Shown piece after piece: positions 1 through 9,921 of a stretch of DNA of 64,000 nucleotides (its first letter is position 1; every line of letters begins with the position of its first letter). A program made the position numbers and the translations under genes. This DNA is from an uncultured Alphaproteobacteria bacterium. GTDB lineage: Bacteria; Pseudomonadota; Alphaproteobacteria; RF32; CAG-239. Location: contig CALXTN010000006.1 in assembly GCA_944391405.1 (NCBI GenBank), forward strand, positions 13,885-77,884, read 5' to 3'. The notes under the pieces were generated by a model. The model was not told the origin of the DNA and searched no databases. It saw nothing but the letters and a program-made list of their open reading frames with translations.

Positions 1-1120
1 GCTTAGCGAAATATTTAGATAGAGCTCTAAAAGTAGCAAACATCTCCAAACTATCACCTTGATCAGCGCAATAGACATTAAAACGATTACGCGCTTCTTC
101 GCTAAGAGGAGAAAAGCGGAATTCATCAAAACACCTGTGCAAGATATCATCAACTAAATTTTGAGTAGTTGTATAATCAACAAGAGTTCTCCGACGATTA
201 ACTTTAATTTTCTCTTGAAATTCTGAACTATTGTAATAATCGCGAATAGCCTGAGAATTTTTAAATTCATTAATAGCCGTAACATCTAAATAAAGATAAT
301 TAAAGAACATACGGCTATCAGGACTATAAGGAGAAGCGATTTCAGGTTGATCATCATGAGCTGCATGTAAAGGATTAACACCTATAAGCCCTGCCCCATG
401 TTTACCTAAAATATACCCTAACTGAGCCAAATCACCAAAATTCCCGATACCGAGATTATTTTCGCTAACCTGTTCGTAAAGCTGCACGGGAACGCCCCAA
501 GTTTTTTTACCTTCACGAATTCCAAATCCGTCATAACATTTTTCAGGTGCGGAAATAAGGCTGATTTTTTGAGAAACTTCTTCACCATTTTGATTAACAT
601 AAGAAAAAGAGACATTATGGTATCCGAGTCGCACGTCAAACGGAAATTTAAAACGATATTTACGATAAGTTACCCCATTAATAGAGCGTTCAACTTCATC
701 TCCATTACTCTGCACTCTTTCTAAATCGTCAATAGCAACTTCCCCGCTATAAAATTTCTCAGAATCATCTATAACGATTTCCCCTTTATAATATTTTTTA
801 GGATCCTCGTCTTCATAAAAGTTCCACTTAAGTTTTTTAACGCCATCAGGCAAAGATATTTCCATTGACGGAACTTTATTTTGCCTCAAAATAGGAATAT
901 GGTGTACAATATTGATAAAATTGGCATTTTTCTTTTCATCAATAATCTTCTCGACAAGACGAATATTTTCTGTCTGTTTTTCAGGGTCTTGAGTAGTATA
1001 ATCAAAGTTCTGATCGAGAATATCCATAGCCTTAAGCAATCCGACCTTTTCCTCAAGAGTTGCGTGCAACTCAATACCGGAAAGATAAGCCAGATTACTG
1101 ATACTTTCACAGATATCCAT
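1..1120 (-). CDS. malQ: 4-alpha-glucanotransferase (amylomaltase, GH77), N-terminal ~373 aa; C-terminus lies beyond the left window edge
   Basis: Absent from the ORF track because it runs off the window. My minus-strand translation from ATG 1120-1118 gives MDICESISNLAYLSG...KTWGVPVQLYEQVSENNLGIGNFGDLAQLGYILGKHGAGLIGVNPLHAAHDDQPEIASPYSPDSRMFFNYLYLDV, which is the MalQ signature region. Confidence 0.8.
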   Translation of the reverse strand, partial: MDICESISNLAYLSGIELHATLEEKVGLLKAMDILDQNFDYTTQDPEKQTENIRLVEKIIDEKKNANFINIVHHIPILRQNKVPSMEISLPDGVKKLKWNFYEDEDPKKYYKGEIVIDDSEKFYSGEVAIDDLERVQSNGDEVERSINGVTYRKYRFKFPFDVRLGYHNVSFSYVNQNGEEVSQKISLISAPEKCYDGFGIREGKKTWGVPVQLYEQVSENNLGIGNFGDLAQLGYILGKHGAGLIGVNPLHAAHDDQPEIASPYSPDSRMFFNYLYLDVTAINEFKNSQAIRDYYNSSEFQEKIKVNRRRTLVDYTTTQNLVDDILHRCFDEFRFSPLSEEARNRFNVYCADQGDSLEMFATFRALSKYFAK

Positions 1121-1289
1121 CATTAAATCCTTTAAACATAAAAGTTATTACATTATGAGCAGAGCATAGCGGTGAAAAAAAAGTAATCAAAGGCAATTAA
1201 TAACTTATAAACAAAAATTAGCATAACTAAGAATGTAAAATCATCAAAAAATCAACAATTGCAAGATAAATTAAAAACAAAAGTTTTCA

Positions 1290-1322
1290 GAAAGAAAAAG
1301 AGGAAGTATTAAAATCTTCCCC
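1290..1322 (-). terminator. putative intrinsic terminator after the 1420-aa gene
   Basis: Minus-strand hairpin GGGGAAG-N9-CTTCCTC (one G-U pair) followed by a T-rich run. Confidence 0.4.
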
Positions 1323-1345
1323 TTTTCAAGCGCAAGCACTCAATA

Positions 1346-4300
1346 TTACCATGGATCAGAATATTTTAAAGACGGATCATGTAAGCGTTTAAGATATCCT
1401 GCGTTAGTTCCTGAAGACTTATTTTTGGGATCACGATAAGAACCTAACTGATCAATTTGATCAACTTTATCCGCCCAATTGCTGTCTTGAAATTGAGATC
1501 TATCAAAATAGCAATAAACCGTAGCATGTCCTTCCAAAGTATTAGTCGGCACAGGAAACAAGTTCCAAACAAAGTTACCATGAAACATTGGATTTGGATT
1601 ATTTACATCATTATAGCCGTCCTCGTTATTATTAGAATACATACCTTCATCACCAGCACCGTCCCCTAAGTTGTAAAAATCTTTATCATAGATAAAACCT
1701 ATACGACCATGCCAACCTTCATCATATGGTTGGAGAGCTGTTTTGAGCCATGTATTCTGTTGGAAATAAAGAGGTTGAGCTACAATATATTTATCAGAAC
1801 CATCTTTACTGTAAGTATAGCTATATAAATTTTGTCCACTAGTTCCGCTAGAATTAGATTTTAAATAAGAGTCAGTTGCTGTACCATTTGCATCTGTATA
1901 ATAAGCCTTTAAGCCCAAATACCACCCTTCGGTTCTTGTCATTACTTGAGGTAAAAATGCACTATGAGACGTATCGGTAGTAAAAGTACCATTATAAATC
2001 AAGCTACTGACTTCTTCCATTCCCGGATAAATAATAGCATCATTCATATCGCCGCCACCTTGCAATGTCATTGCTGTCTCCAGAATAGATGCCTGACGCG
2101 ACGCAGGGTTAACAATCCACCTTTTAGATGGATGAGAATCATTCCCGCCAGCTTCACTATCATATGATGGTGCAAATTTATTAGCTTGAATAATTTCTCC
2201 AGCTTGTCCCATATTAAAGGAAATAGGAATAAGCGTCGCCATATTCATATATCCAGGAGGACAAAGTGCATAAGGAATACGTCCGACATAAGGATCCGCC
2301 CACGCCACATCCTCATTATGAGGTTCATAAACTTTAGTAGCACCCTGACATTGATCACCACAACTCCAAGCAATTCTCTTTGTTTTTGACCCCTCCACAA
2401 AGTCATTCGAAACATTATAAACACCTTTAAGGATAAAGTCTGGCAAGATATCGCTTAAACGAGCCCCACCACGAGTAGTTAACTTAATATCATGCATAAC
2501 TGAGGTATAGGCCGGATTAACCATATATTGATCATACATCGTTCCCCTATCCTCTTTGCCGGCAATTTCAGGAACAACTTCATTAGTATTAGAAACAAAT
2601 CTATTAGCTTTAATATATCCAAAGCCTTCATCCGCAGCAAATGTGGATGAAGAACCACCACTACTACCATAACTGTCTTCTAATTCAATAGCACCCTTAC
2701 GGATATAAATAGATGCATCACGAGTATCATCAATAGAGCTAGACCCCCCGCGAACATCTGTCGGATTAATTTTAAGCATTGCATAATAACCACCGGCAGA
2801 AGACCCCCCTGGAGCATAGTTACCATCCGTGTCTTTAGCCCAAACTTGAATATATTCAGGATCGATTTCAAACATGGCATGGTCATTATCAGCCGTTCCA
2901 ACGGCGTTAGAAGAGTTCGAAGCAATATGAATAACTTCATTACCGGTTACATGGAATGAACCGTTAACTTGAACATTAGCATCAGCTGTTTCGCTATCAG
3001 GATCCATATTAGGAGCAACCTTAAAGCGAACAGTGCTGGAATCATCTTCAACTTGAAAATCTACCCACCTTGTTCTAATTTTATCTGCATCTGCAAAGAA
3101 CTGAGCACCTTCATCTTCATCTGTTGAGCTAACATCTTTAGTTTTAATTGTAAATTTACCAGTTTTAGCATCAATTCTGTTAGTATAAGAAGAAGACCAA
3201 TGTCCACCAAATCTCATAGCTTCGCGCTGCACATCAACCACGCTGGAAACACTATCATTAAGAGTATAGAGATTAACTAAGGTAGAACCGACAACATTTG
3301 CCGAACCATCACCACCGACAGTATCAGCTAAGAAGTAGTTTTTAAGAGCACCTGTATTAGGATCACCGGCTCCAATACGAGAACTACCATCCTCAAAAGC
3401 AGCCCAAGCACCATCAGTATCATTAATCAATACCTTAGTAGAATCAGCTAAGAACATTAAATCGTTTTTACCTGTATTCATTTCGCCACGTTTATCATTT
3501 GTTCCGCCCTTAGCTTTGTTCCGAATAACAACCATATCATCATAAGCGTTCAACCATGCAGTCTGAGGTGCGTTAACAAATTGCGAATAAGATTCAAAAC
3601 CGGCGTGAAGTTCTTGCATACCGGCTTGTTTCAACCAAGCTCTGCGCGCCCACAACAGCTCATCAACCCAAGCCGAACCGGCAACACCCAAAGTAAATTC
3701 ATTACGAGTATATTTTCCGTCATCGGAAGCTGTAGAGCTCATATTTTTATTACCCATATAAGTTCTACCCATAATATCAGTAAACTTCGAAGCAATAGTT
3801 GTCAAATGCTCCAACTCAGTTCCTGATAAATCCGCATATTCATTTTTAATAGCATTATCAGCGGTCGGTTGAAAAGCAATTGAACCAGCTTCTTCTCCCG
3901 TGTAACCTTCTCCACTATAAACACGGATACCGCCACCACGTAACGAAACCTTATCTGTATCGGCATAAATCATATGGTTCGTATTATAAGCGGCCCCGAC
4001 TGAACCATTATCATCCACATCGTGCCCCACCGAGAAAACACGGTTATCAGTTCCCGAACTTGTAACATTAGCCAACAAGTGGACACGAGCACTATTATCA
4101 AATCCTTGCGCCATTAACCAACCGCCATCATGACCGGCATTAAGTTTTCCTCCCATATCGTTAATATATGTGAGCATATTTGTGGAAGCGGAAGACCCCC
4201 CGTTGATATAAACAGTACCGCCTTGACGGTTAATCTCTGTAATAGAGGAATCAGATTCGCGGTTGATATGTACTTCATTTGTCGAACCATTACGAAAAGC

Positions 4301-5608
4301 TTTAATAAGAGCCCCCTCACCACCAACGCCGGAAGATTCTCCGACTAAAAAGTCAACAATACTTGATGCACCGGCACGACGTTTGACTTGTACAAAATCA
4401 TCCATCATAGCCACACGTTCATTACCTTCTGCGTTTTCTGCACGAAGGATAACCACCTCTTCATCTCCTGTACCGGAACTGTTCATACGAGCGAATTGCA
4501 AAACATCCCATCCAGCAGAAGTACGTTCCAAATCATCATCGTATCCGTCTGTGTTTCTATTATAACCAGTACCGAGACTCTCTTCGCGGAACAATTGGAA
4601 GCTTTCGCTTAAGGCAGCCAAATTACCATAAATCCAAGCAGCACCGGTATTTCCCTCAACAGCTGGAGAATGGTCAGCCGTGTTAAGAGTACCATGATTA
4701 TCAATAGCAAAAGGCTTACCAATATATAAGTCAGCCACATTCGGATCACAAAAATCCCCCGTGGTAGATGAAATAGTTTCTGCCACATAAGCTCGGTTAC
4801 AGTTTGTGTTCATCGTTAATTTTTTAACGTTAAAGATTGAATAATAGTCATTGGCATATGTTGCATAATCCGTATCGTCAAACGGATGTCCTCCCATATA
4901 TAAATCAGTAACCATTGTATTATGATAATATGCAGAATCATCAGTTGCCGGTGACGGTGGCACACGATACAAATATTTAGCGCTGTCATCATAACTCATA
5001 GATATAGGCTCGCTTGATGTAATCATAATAGAATTTTCGGTTAAAGAAGAATCATCAATTTCCATATCTTCAATCATAGAGCTATTCAGATACCATGCAC
5101 CACCAGTACCCTTAGCCTCTCTATTATCAGTAATCACACCACCGTTAGCCCCAATCAAAGAAGCCATACGTGCGGCGCGTTTATTTCCAATATCAACAAT
5201 TTTCGGGTAAAGAACATAAGAAACCAATGTACTGTTATCACGTCGTACATAAACTTTTGGAGCATCATAGCCACGAATTTCATTTGGTGTAAAACCATAA
5301 GGCAAATAGCTGGAATAACCAACACGATAAGCTCCGGCTTGATCATCTTCAAAATCAATAACAATTGTATCATGATCTTCTCCGGACATAGAGCTCATCA
5401 ATCCGGAAAAGTTTTGTCGAATAAATGCATCCATAACGCTACCCATTGTACGAGCCTGTGAAGCAGCGTTAATATCTTGAATTTCCTGCAATCGTTCTGC
5501 GGATTTTTTATAAAGGGTCGGTGTAACCATTGCAATCAGACCCAGCATTGCGAGAGCTTCAATAAGAAGCGTACCGCGCTGTTCTGATGTTTTGAATAAT
5601 TTACTCAT
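1346..5608 (-). CDS. giant (1420 aa) surface or secreted protein with a type IV pilin-like (prepilin-type) N-terminal signal; adhesin-like, function unknown
   Basis: ORF track; ATG preceded by AAGGAG (complement of 5617-5622). N-terminus MSKLFKTSEQRG|TLLIEALAMLGLIAMVTPTLY has a short basic leader, Gly at -1, Glu at +5 and a hydrophobic helix. The rest is G/S/T/N/D-rich with no motif I recognise. Confidence 0.6.
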   Translation of the reverse strand: MSKLFKTSEQRGTLLIEALAMLGLIAMVTPTLYKKSAERLQEIQDINAASQARTMGSVMDAFIRQNFSGLMSSMSGEDHDTIVIDFEDDQAGAYRVGYSSYLPYGFTPNEIRGYDAPKVYVRRDNSTLVSYVLYPKIVDIGNKRAARMASLIGANGGVITDNREAKGTGGAWYLNSSMIEDMEIDDSSLTENSIMITSSEPISMSYDDSAKYLYRVPPSPATDDSAYYHNTMVTDLYMGGHPFDDTDYATYANDYYSIFNVKKLTMNTNCNRAYVAETISSTTGDFCDPNVADLYIGKPFAIDNHGTLNTADHSPAVEGNTGAAWIYGNLAALSESFQLFREESLGTGYNRNTDGYDDDLERTSAGWDVLQFARMNSSGTGDEEVVILRAENAEGNERVAMMDDFVQVKRRAGASSIVDFLVGESSGVGGEGALIKAFRNGSTNEVHINRESDSSITEINRQGGTVYINGGSSASTNMLTYINDMGGKLNAGHDGGWLMAQGFDNSARVHLLANVTSSGTDNRVFSVGHDVDDNGSVGAAYNTNHMIYADTDKVSLRGGGIRVYSGEGYTGEEAGSIAFQPTADNAIKNEYADLSGTELEHLTTIASKFTDIMGRTYMGNKNMSSTASDDGKYTRNEFTLGVAGSAWVDELLWARRAWLKQAGMQELHAGFESYSQFVNAPQTAWLNAYDDMVVIRNKAKGGTNDKRGEMNTGKNDLMFLADSTKVLINDTDGAWAAFEDGSSRIGAGDPNTGALKNYFLADTVGGDGSANVVGSTLVNLYTLNDSVSSVVDVQREAMRFGGHWSSSYTNRIDAKTGKFTIKTKDVSSTDEDEGAQFFADADKIRTRWVDFQVEDDSSTVRFKVAPNMDPDSETADANVQVNGSFHVTGNEVIHIASNSSNAVGTADNDHAMFEIDPEYIQVWAKDTDGNYAPGGSSAGGYYAMLKINPTDVRGGSSSIDDTRDASIYIRKGAIELEDSYGSSGGSSSTFAADEGFGYIKANRFVSNTNEVVPEIAGKEDRGTMYDQYMVNPAYTSVMHDIKLTTRGGARLSDILPDFILKGVYNVSNDFVEGSKTKRIAWSCGDQCQGATKVYEPHNEDVAWADPYVGRIPYALCPPGYMNMATLIPISFNMGQAGEIIQANKFAPSYDSEAGGNDSHPSKRWIVNPASRQASILETAMTLQGGGDMNDAIIYPGMEEVSSLIYNGTFTTDTSHSAFLPQVMTRTEGWYLGLKAYYTDANGTATDSYLKSNSSGTSGQNLYSYTYSKDGSDKYIVAQPLYFQQNTWLKTALQPYDEGWHGRIGFIYDKDFYNLGDGAGDEGMYSNNNEDGYNDVNNPNPMFHGNFVWNLFPVPTNTLEGHATVYCYFDRSQFQDSNWADKVDQIDQLGSYRDPKNKSSGTNAGYLKRLHDPSLKYSDPW

Positions 5609-5630
5609 AATTTAGTCTCCTTTACCCTAC

Positions 5631-6548
5631 TCAAAAATTCTGTATCTTAAATAAACAAGGACGATTAGCATCGCAAATTAAATTTCCATTTTTTCCTGTG
5701 AAAAAATTTTCTGTAAAAATCCAATCCGGTAGTATCCACTCACTTCTATTGCGGTTTTCAACAGGATAATTTAAGGAGTTTTGATGATCTTCGTTCCATT
5801 GATCTAAATCATTTGCATAAACCGGCAGAAAATTAATTTTTCCTCTAAAAACCCAAGCCTTATCAGAAGATCCTTCCGGTTTTGTCCAACGTATAACTCC
5901 AATATTATCGTAATAAAGTTTTTGATTAAGAGCGCGAACAAAGTCCAGCCCTACATCACCGGTAATACGATTAACCCATCTGGCATCCAGTCGTTTATAA
6001 GAAATGATATATTTAGCATCGTTACCACCAGAATTGCAACAAGACGCGGTAACATTACCATCTTCATCTTTTGTTGATTCACAATATTTACTATCGGTTT
6101 CATTAAGTGGCTTATCTAAACAAATAATTTTAGTAGCCATTTCTTCGCCATCATAAACTTGTCTGCCAAACATCAAATAATCACGACCATCAGGGTTAAG
6201 ATCTCCTTTATTGTTCTGAGAACGCAGATAAATAAGATGTTCATCCTGTCCTTCTTGTTTAATAAAGAGATGAATATCTTCATTATCTTGAACACTGCTA
6301 GAACTAAAATCCGCATAAAAAACATCGCCTGGCAAATTCCAAGGAATTTCAGAAGCATCATTGCTGACAAACTCACCATTTCCTATATCAACAAGAATTT
6401 TGCGGACAGCATTATGTTGAAGTGTGAATTTAAAAATAATGGCGGCAGCTTTCTTTCGAGCAACATCACGGTCATAATCCGGACGCGCTGAAAGATTATA
6501 TCCGTAAAGAGACGCCATAAACGTCGCAAGTAACATCAATAAGTACAT
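5631..6548 (-). CDS. hypothetical N-terminally membrane-anchored protein (305 aa), first gene of the pilin-like operon
   Basis: ORF track gives 5631..6680. I prefer ATG 6548 (MYLLMLLATFMASLYG...) because GGTGGAG precedes it and the 44 upstream codons look like AT-rich read-through. The stop lies 22 nt before the next start. Confidence 0.55.
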   Translation of the reverse strand: MYLLMLLATFMASLYGYNLSARPDYDRDVARKKAAAIIFKFTLQHNAVRKILVDIGNGEFVSNDASEIPWNLPGDVFYADFSSSSVQDNEDIHLFIKQEGQDEHLIYLRSQNNKGDLNPDGRDYLMFGRQVYDGEEMATKIICLDKPLNETDSKYCESTKDEDGNVTASCCNSGGNDAKYIISYKRLDARWVNRITGDVGLDFVRALNQKLYYDNIGVIRWTKPEGSSDKAWVFRGKINFLPVYANDLDQWNEDHQNSLNYPVENRNRSEWILPDWIFTENFFTGKNGNLICDANRPCLFKIQNF

Positions 6549-6762
6549 AAAATCAGCTCCACCATATATACATATATGCAAAATAGTACCATAAATTTTC
6601 GAAAAAATCAATAAAAAAGCATATTTTCCCCACATTTGTAACAAAAATGTCACAAAAAAGAAATAAGCGCAAAAAAACATTGCATTATTTTGAAAAAAAT
6701 CTTGTCAATACAAAGAGACAACAGTAAATTAACTCTATAAATATGAAAGGAGCCCTAAGAAG

Positions 6763-7167
6763 ATGAACGATACATCTCTAAGTCTTGCGGAAACCACCAT
6801 AAAAATGCTAGGAGACCGCTGGAAAGTTCAAATTATAGAAAGTTTAATGGACGGGACGAAACGCTTTGGTGAATTAAAAAAGGACTTAGGTAATATTACA
6901 CAAAAAGTATTAACTTCAAACTTGCGTATGTTGGAAGAAAATGGTATATTAAAACGTAAAGTGTATGCTCAAATCCCCCCACGGGTAGATTACACCCTAA
7001 CCAATCTTGGCTACAACTTGAAACCTGTCATAGATTCAATGGTGGCTTGGGCTGTTGAATATCGCGGTTCTTTGGTTCAAGAATTTAACGATATGAAAGA
7101 AAAAAGTAAAGCAAGAATAGAAAACAAAATCAATAAAATAAAAGAGAATATTCAAGTAAAAAATTAA
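6763..7167 (+). CDS. HxlR-family winged-helix transcriptional regulator
   Basis: RWKVQIIESLMDGTKRFGELKKDLGNITQKVLTSNLRMLEENGILKRKVYAQIPPRVDYTLTNLG is a typical HxlR-type HTH. The gene is divergent from the pilin-like operon. Confidence 0.85.
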   Translation: MNDTSLSLAETTIKMLGDRWKVQIIESLMDGTKRFGELKKDLGNITQKVLTSNLRMLEENGILKRKVYAQIPPRVDYTLTNLGYNLKPVIDSMVAWAVEYRGSLVQEFNDMKEKSKARIENKINKIKENIQVKN

Positions 7168-7185
7168 GTTTAAAAGCTCATTAAA

Positions 7186-7220
7186 AAGCGCCTCACTAAT
7201 CATGAAGCGCTTAATTTTTT
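7186..7220 (+). terminator. intrinsic terminator between the convergent HxlR-family regulator and tsaC genes
   Basis: AAGCGC-N15-GCGCTT hairpin followed by AATTTTTT. Confidence 0.5.
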
Positions 7221-7240
7221 ATGTCAACAGTAAAAATGTA

Positions 7241-8185
7241 TTAGCGAGCCGCACGTTTAATTCGGTCGTTAATGGCGAGCCCTAATCCTTCAAACGGAAT
7301 AGGAGCCATAGCCAAACGAGAGAAGTTTGGATTTTTATCTGCCTCACGCATATAAGCAAACAAATGAGCCGCAGCCTCACGTAAATCCCCTTGGGGGCTC
7401 AAATTCATTTCCGCCCAATCATATTTCGGACCAAATCCGATAAAAAGCTCCCCTTCAAGACGTTCAGTAGCGTTAATACGCAATTTTTTAGAAGGCGCAT
7501 AGTGTTTCAAGAGCTGCCCCGGAGAGGTTGGCCGATTAGGATTGCCGTCAGAAATAGCTACGGGCTCGTTAAGTGCTTCTTCTAGCTCTTCTTTAGTAAT
7601 CCCCCCTGCTCGTAACAAGACGGCTTGCGGCGTAGTCAAATCCAAAATAGTCGATTCAACACCAACTTCACAAGCCCCCCCATCCAAAATCATATCGACA
7701 TTATCGCCCAAACTCTCATAAACAGCTTCGGCGGTAGTCGGAGAAATAGTCTGTGAGCGATTTGCGGAAGGTGCGGCAATTGGCACACCTGATTTACGGA
7801 TAAGTTCTAAGGCGACAGGATGCTTTGGACAACGCACGGTAATAGTCTTAAGCCCTGCGCAAACCAAATCGAGCGCCGGATTTTCATCTAATCGCGGAAG
7901 AACGAAAGTCAGAGGTCCAGGCCAAAACTTTTTAGCCAAGAACAAAGCTCTTTCATCCGCTTTAGCATATTCTGCCAATTGTGCCGGTTCAGCGATATGC
8001 GAAATCAGCGGATTAAACGATGGACGCCCTTTAGCAGCAAAAATTCCAGCCACAGCGTGTGCGTCATAAACGCTGGCGCCTAACCCATAAACCGTTTCCG
8101 TTGGAAATGCGACGAGTTTACCGCCCTTGATAAGTTCCGCCGCCTGACATATATTAGCCTCATCAGCCTTAAAAATTCCGCTCAT
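7241..8185 (-). CDS. tsaC: threonylcarbamoyl-AMP synthase (Sua5/YwlC long form)
   Basis: 314 aa; YrdC-domain motif VAFPTETVYGLG plus a C-terminal Sua5-type domain. Confidence 0.9.
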   Translation of the reverse strand: MSGIFKADEANICQAAELIKGGKLVAFPTETVYGLGASVYDAHAVAGIFAAKGRPSFNPLISHIAEPAQLAEYAKADERALFLAKKFWPGPLTFVLPRLDENPALDLVCAGLKTITVRCPKHPVALELIRKSGVPIAAPSANRSQTISPTTAEAVYESLGDNVDMILDGGACEVGVESTILDLTTPQAVLLRAGGITKEELEEALNEPVAISDGNPNRPTSPGQLLKHYAPSKKLRINATERLEGELFIGFGPKYDWAEMNLSPQGDLREAAAHLFAYMREADKNPNFSRLAMAPIPFEGLGLAINDRIKRAAR

Positions 8186-8331
8186 AACATCCTCACAAAT
8201 AAAAAAAATCTCTGCGATAACAACATTTTTCAGACATTAGCACCATAAAAAGCAAAGTCAAGCCCCTTATTTTAAGACTTTATTCACAAATACGGAGGCA
8301 AAATAACCAAGATTAAACAAAGGAGAAAACA

Positions 8332-9813
8332 ATGACAGAAATTACATTTAACCGCTCGGCTAAAGAAACCGAAGTCAAAGTTCTGTTGGCAACCAAAGAG
8401 GAAGCCCTAAACTACGGTATCACCGGCGGCATTATTGATCGTTCAACTTTTAATCGCCTGAAAGATTTAATCGCTAAAGCCGATGAAGGTAGAGAAAAGA
8501 AAGAAGACATCTTAGTCTTAAATAATGGCAAAGACGTGGTTGTTTTGTTACGAATTTCAAATACAGCCACACCTGTGATGTTACAAACTTTAGGTGGCAG
8601 AGTGTATAACCAGATAAAAAATTACAAATCTGCGACAATTTTTGCAAGACACTTGCCGAAAACCGACTTTGAAGCCAAAGACATCGCTTCTAATATGGGG
8701 TTAGGTGTGGAGTTGTCATCATATAGCTTTGATAAATACCGCACGACAAAGAAAGCAGATGAATTTCCGAGATTGGAAACATTAAATTTCGTAGCCAAAG
8801 ACAAGTTGGATAAGAAAGATTATGAAAAGAGCGCCGCTCTGGCCAATGCCGTCAGATATGCGCGCGATTTGACCAATGAACCGTCCAACGAGTTAACGCC
8901 GGAAGTTTATGCGAAAGACATCAAGCGTTTGGAACATTTGGGCTTAAAGGTAACCTTAAAAGACAAAGATGAGTTGAAAAAAGAAGGTTTCAATATGTTA
9001 TTGTCCGTGGCTCAAGGTTCTGCCAACAGTCCGTATGTGGCTATTTTAGAATATAACGGCAACAAGAGCAAAAAAGGCTATGACATTGCGTTGGTCGGTA
9101 AAGGCGTAACCTTTGATTCAGGTGGCATATCCATTAAACCGGCAGCCGGCATGTGGGATATGAAACAAGACATGGCGGGCTCTGCTGTGGTTGTATCCAG
9201 TTTGAAAGCTGCCGCTCAACAGAAATTGAAGTTAAATATTGTGGGTATTGTGGGCTTGGTAGAAAATATGCCGTCAGGAACAGCCACCCGCCCCGGAGAT
9301 ATTGTAACCTCCCTATCGGGCAAAACCGTTGAAATATTGAATACGGATGCGGAAGGAAGATTGGTTCTGGGCGATTGCTTGACTTACGTTGAAAGAGAAT
9401 ATAAGCCGGAACGCATTGTAGATTTGGCAACATTAACCGGTGCGATTGTGGTTGCGTTGGGTAGTGAAATGGCCGGCTTATTCAGTAATGATGACTGTTT
9501 GTCAGAATTATTGAGTATCTCGGGCGAACAATCCGGTGAAGAATTATGGCGTTTCCCGATGACGGACGGTTATCGTAAATTGATAAAGTCCGACATGGCT
9601 GATGTTAAGAATATATCAGACGGCAGAGCCGCCGGTTCCATTACCGCCGCATGCTTCTTGGAAGAGTTTTTGCCAAACAAAACTCCATGGGCGCACTTGG
9701 ATATTGCCGGTATGGATATGTTTGGTAAACCCAAACCATTATATCCTAAGGGAGCCAGTGGTTTCGGTGTTCGCTTAATCAATAAGTTGTTACAAAACTT
9801 AGAGAAAAAATAA
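8332..9813 (+). CDS. pepA: leucyl aminopeptidase (M17)
   Basis: 493 aa; motifs VGKGVTFDSGG and NTDAEGRLVLGD. Confidence 0.9.
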   Translation: MTEITFNRSAKETEVKVLLATKEEALNYGITGGIIDRSTFNRLKDLIAKADEGREKKEDILVLNNGKDVVVLLRISNTATPVMLQTLGGRVYNQIKNYKSATIFARHLPKTDFEAKDIASNMGLGVELSSYSFDKYRTTKKADEFPRLETLNFVAKDKLDKKDYEKSAALANAVRYARDLTNEPSNELTPEVYAKDIKRLEHLGLKVTLKDKDELKKEGFNMLLSVAQGSANSPYVAILEYNGNKSKKGYDIALVGKGVTFDSGGISIKPAAGMWDMKQDMAGSAVVVSSLKAAAQQKLKLNIVGIVGLVENMPSGTATRPGDIVTSLSGKTVEILNTDAEGRLVLGDCLTYVEREYKPERIVDLATLTGAIVVALGSEMAGLFSNDDCLSELLSISGEQSGEELWRFPMTDGYRKLIKSDMADVKNISDGRAAGSITAACFLEEFLPNKTPWAHLDIAGMDMFGKPKPLYPKGASGFGVRLINKLLQNLEKK

Positions 9814-9839
9814 AAAAGCAACATAAGATAGAAAAAGAG

Positions 9840-9868
9840 AGCGTTTCTGAGAAGGAACGCTTTTCTTA
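9840..9868 (+). terminator. intrinsic terminator after pepA
   Basis: AGCGTT-N10-AACGCT followed by TTTCTTATT. Confidence 0.55.
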
Positions 9869-9921
9869 TTGCCAAATAAGTAAAATTGTGTTAAGATACC
9901 CCAAACGATAAGGAGGAACAG

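Noticed and set aside
1457-5373. About a dozen 60-100-aa ORFs on both strands inside the 1420-aa gene (for example 1457..1669+, 2680..2940-, 4263..4565+).
   Set aside because: They are shadow ORFs nested in a long, uninterrupted coding frame. They have low-complexity or odd composition and no SD sequences. The same applies to nested ORFs inside rpoD, dnaG, the 1731-aa phage gene, and others.
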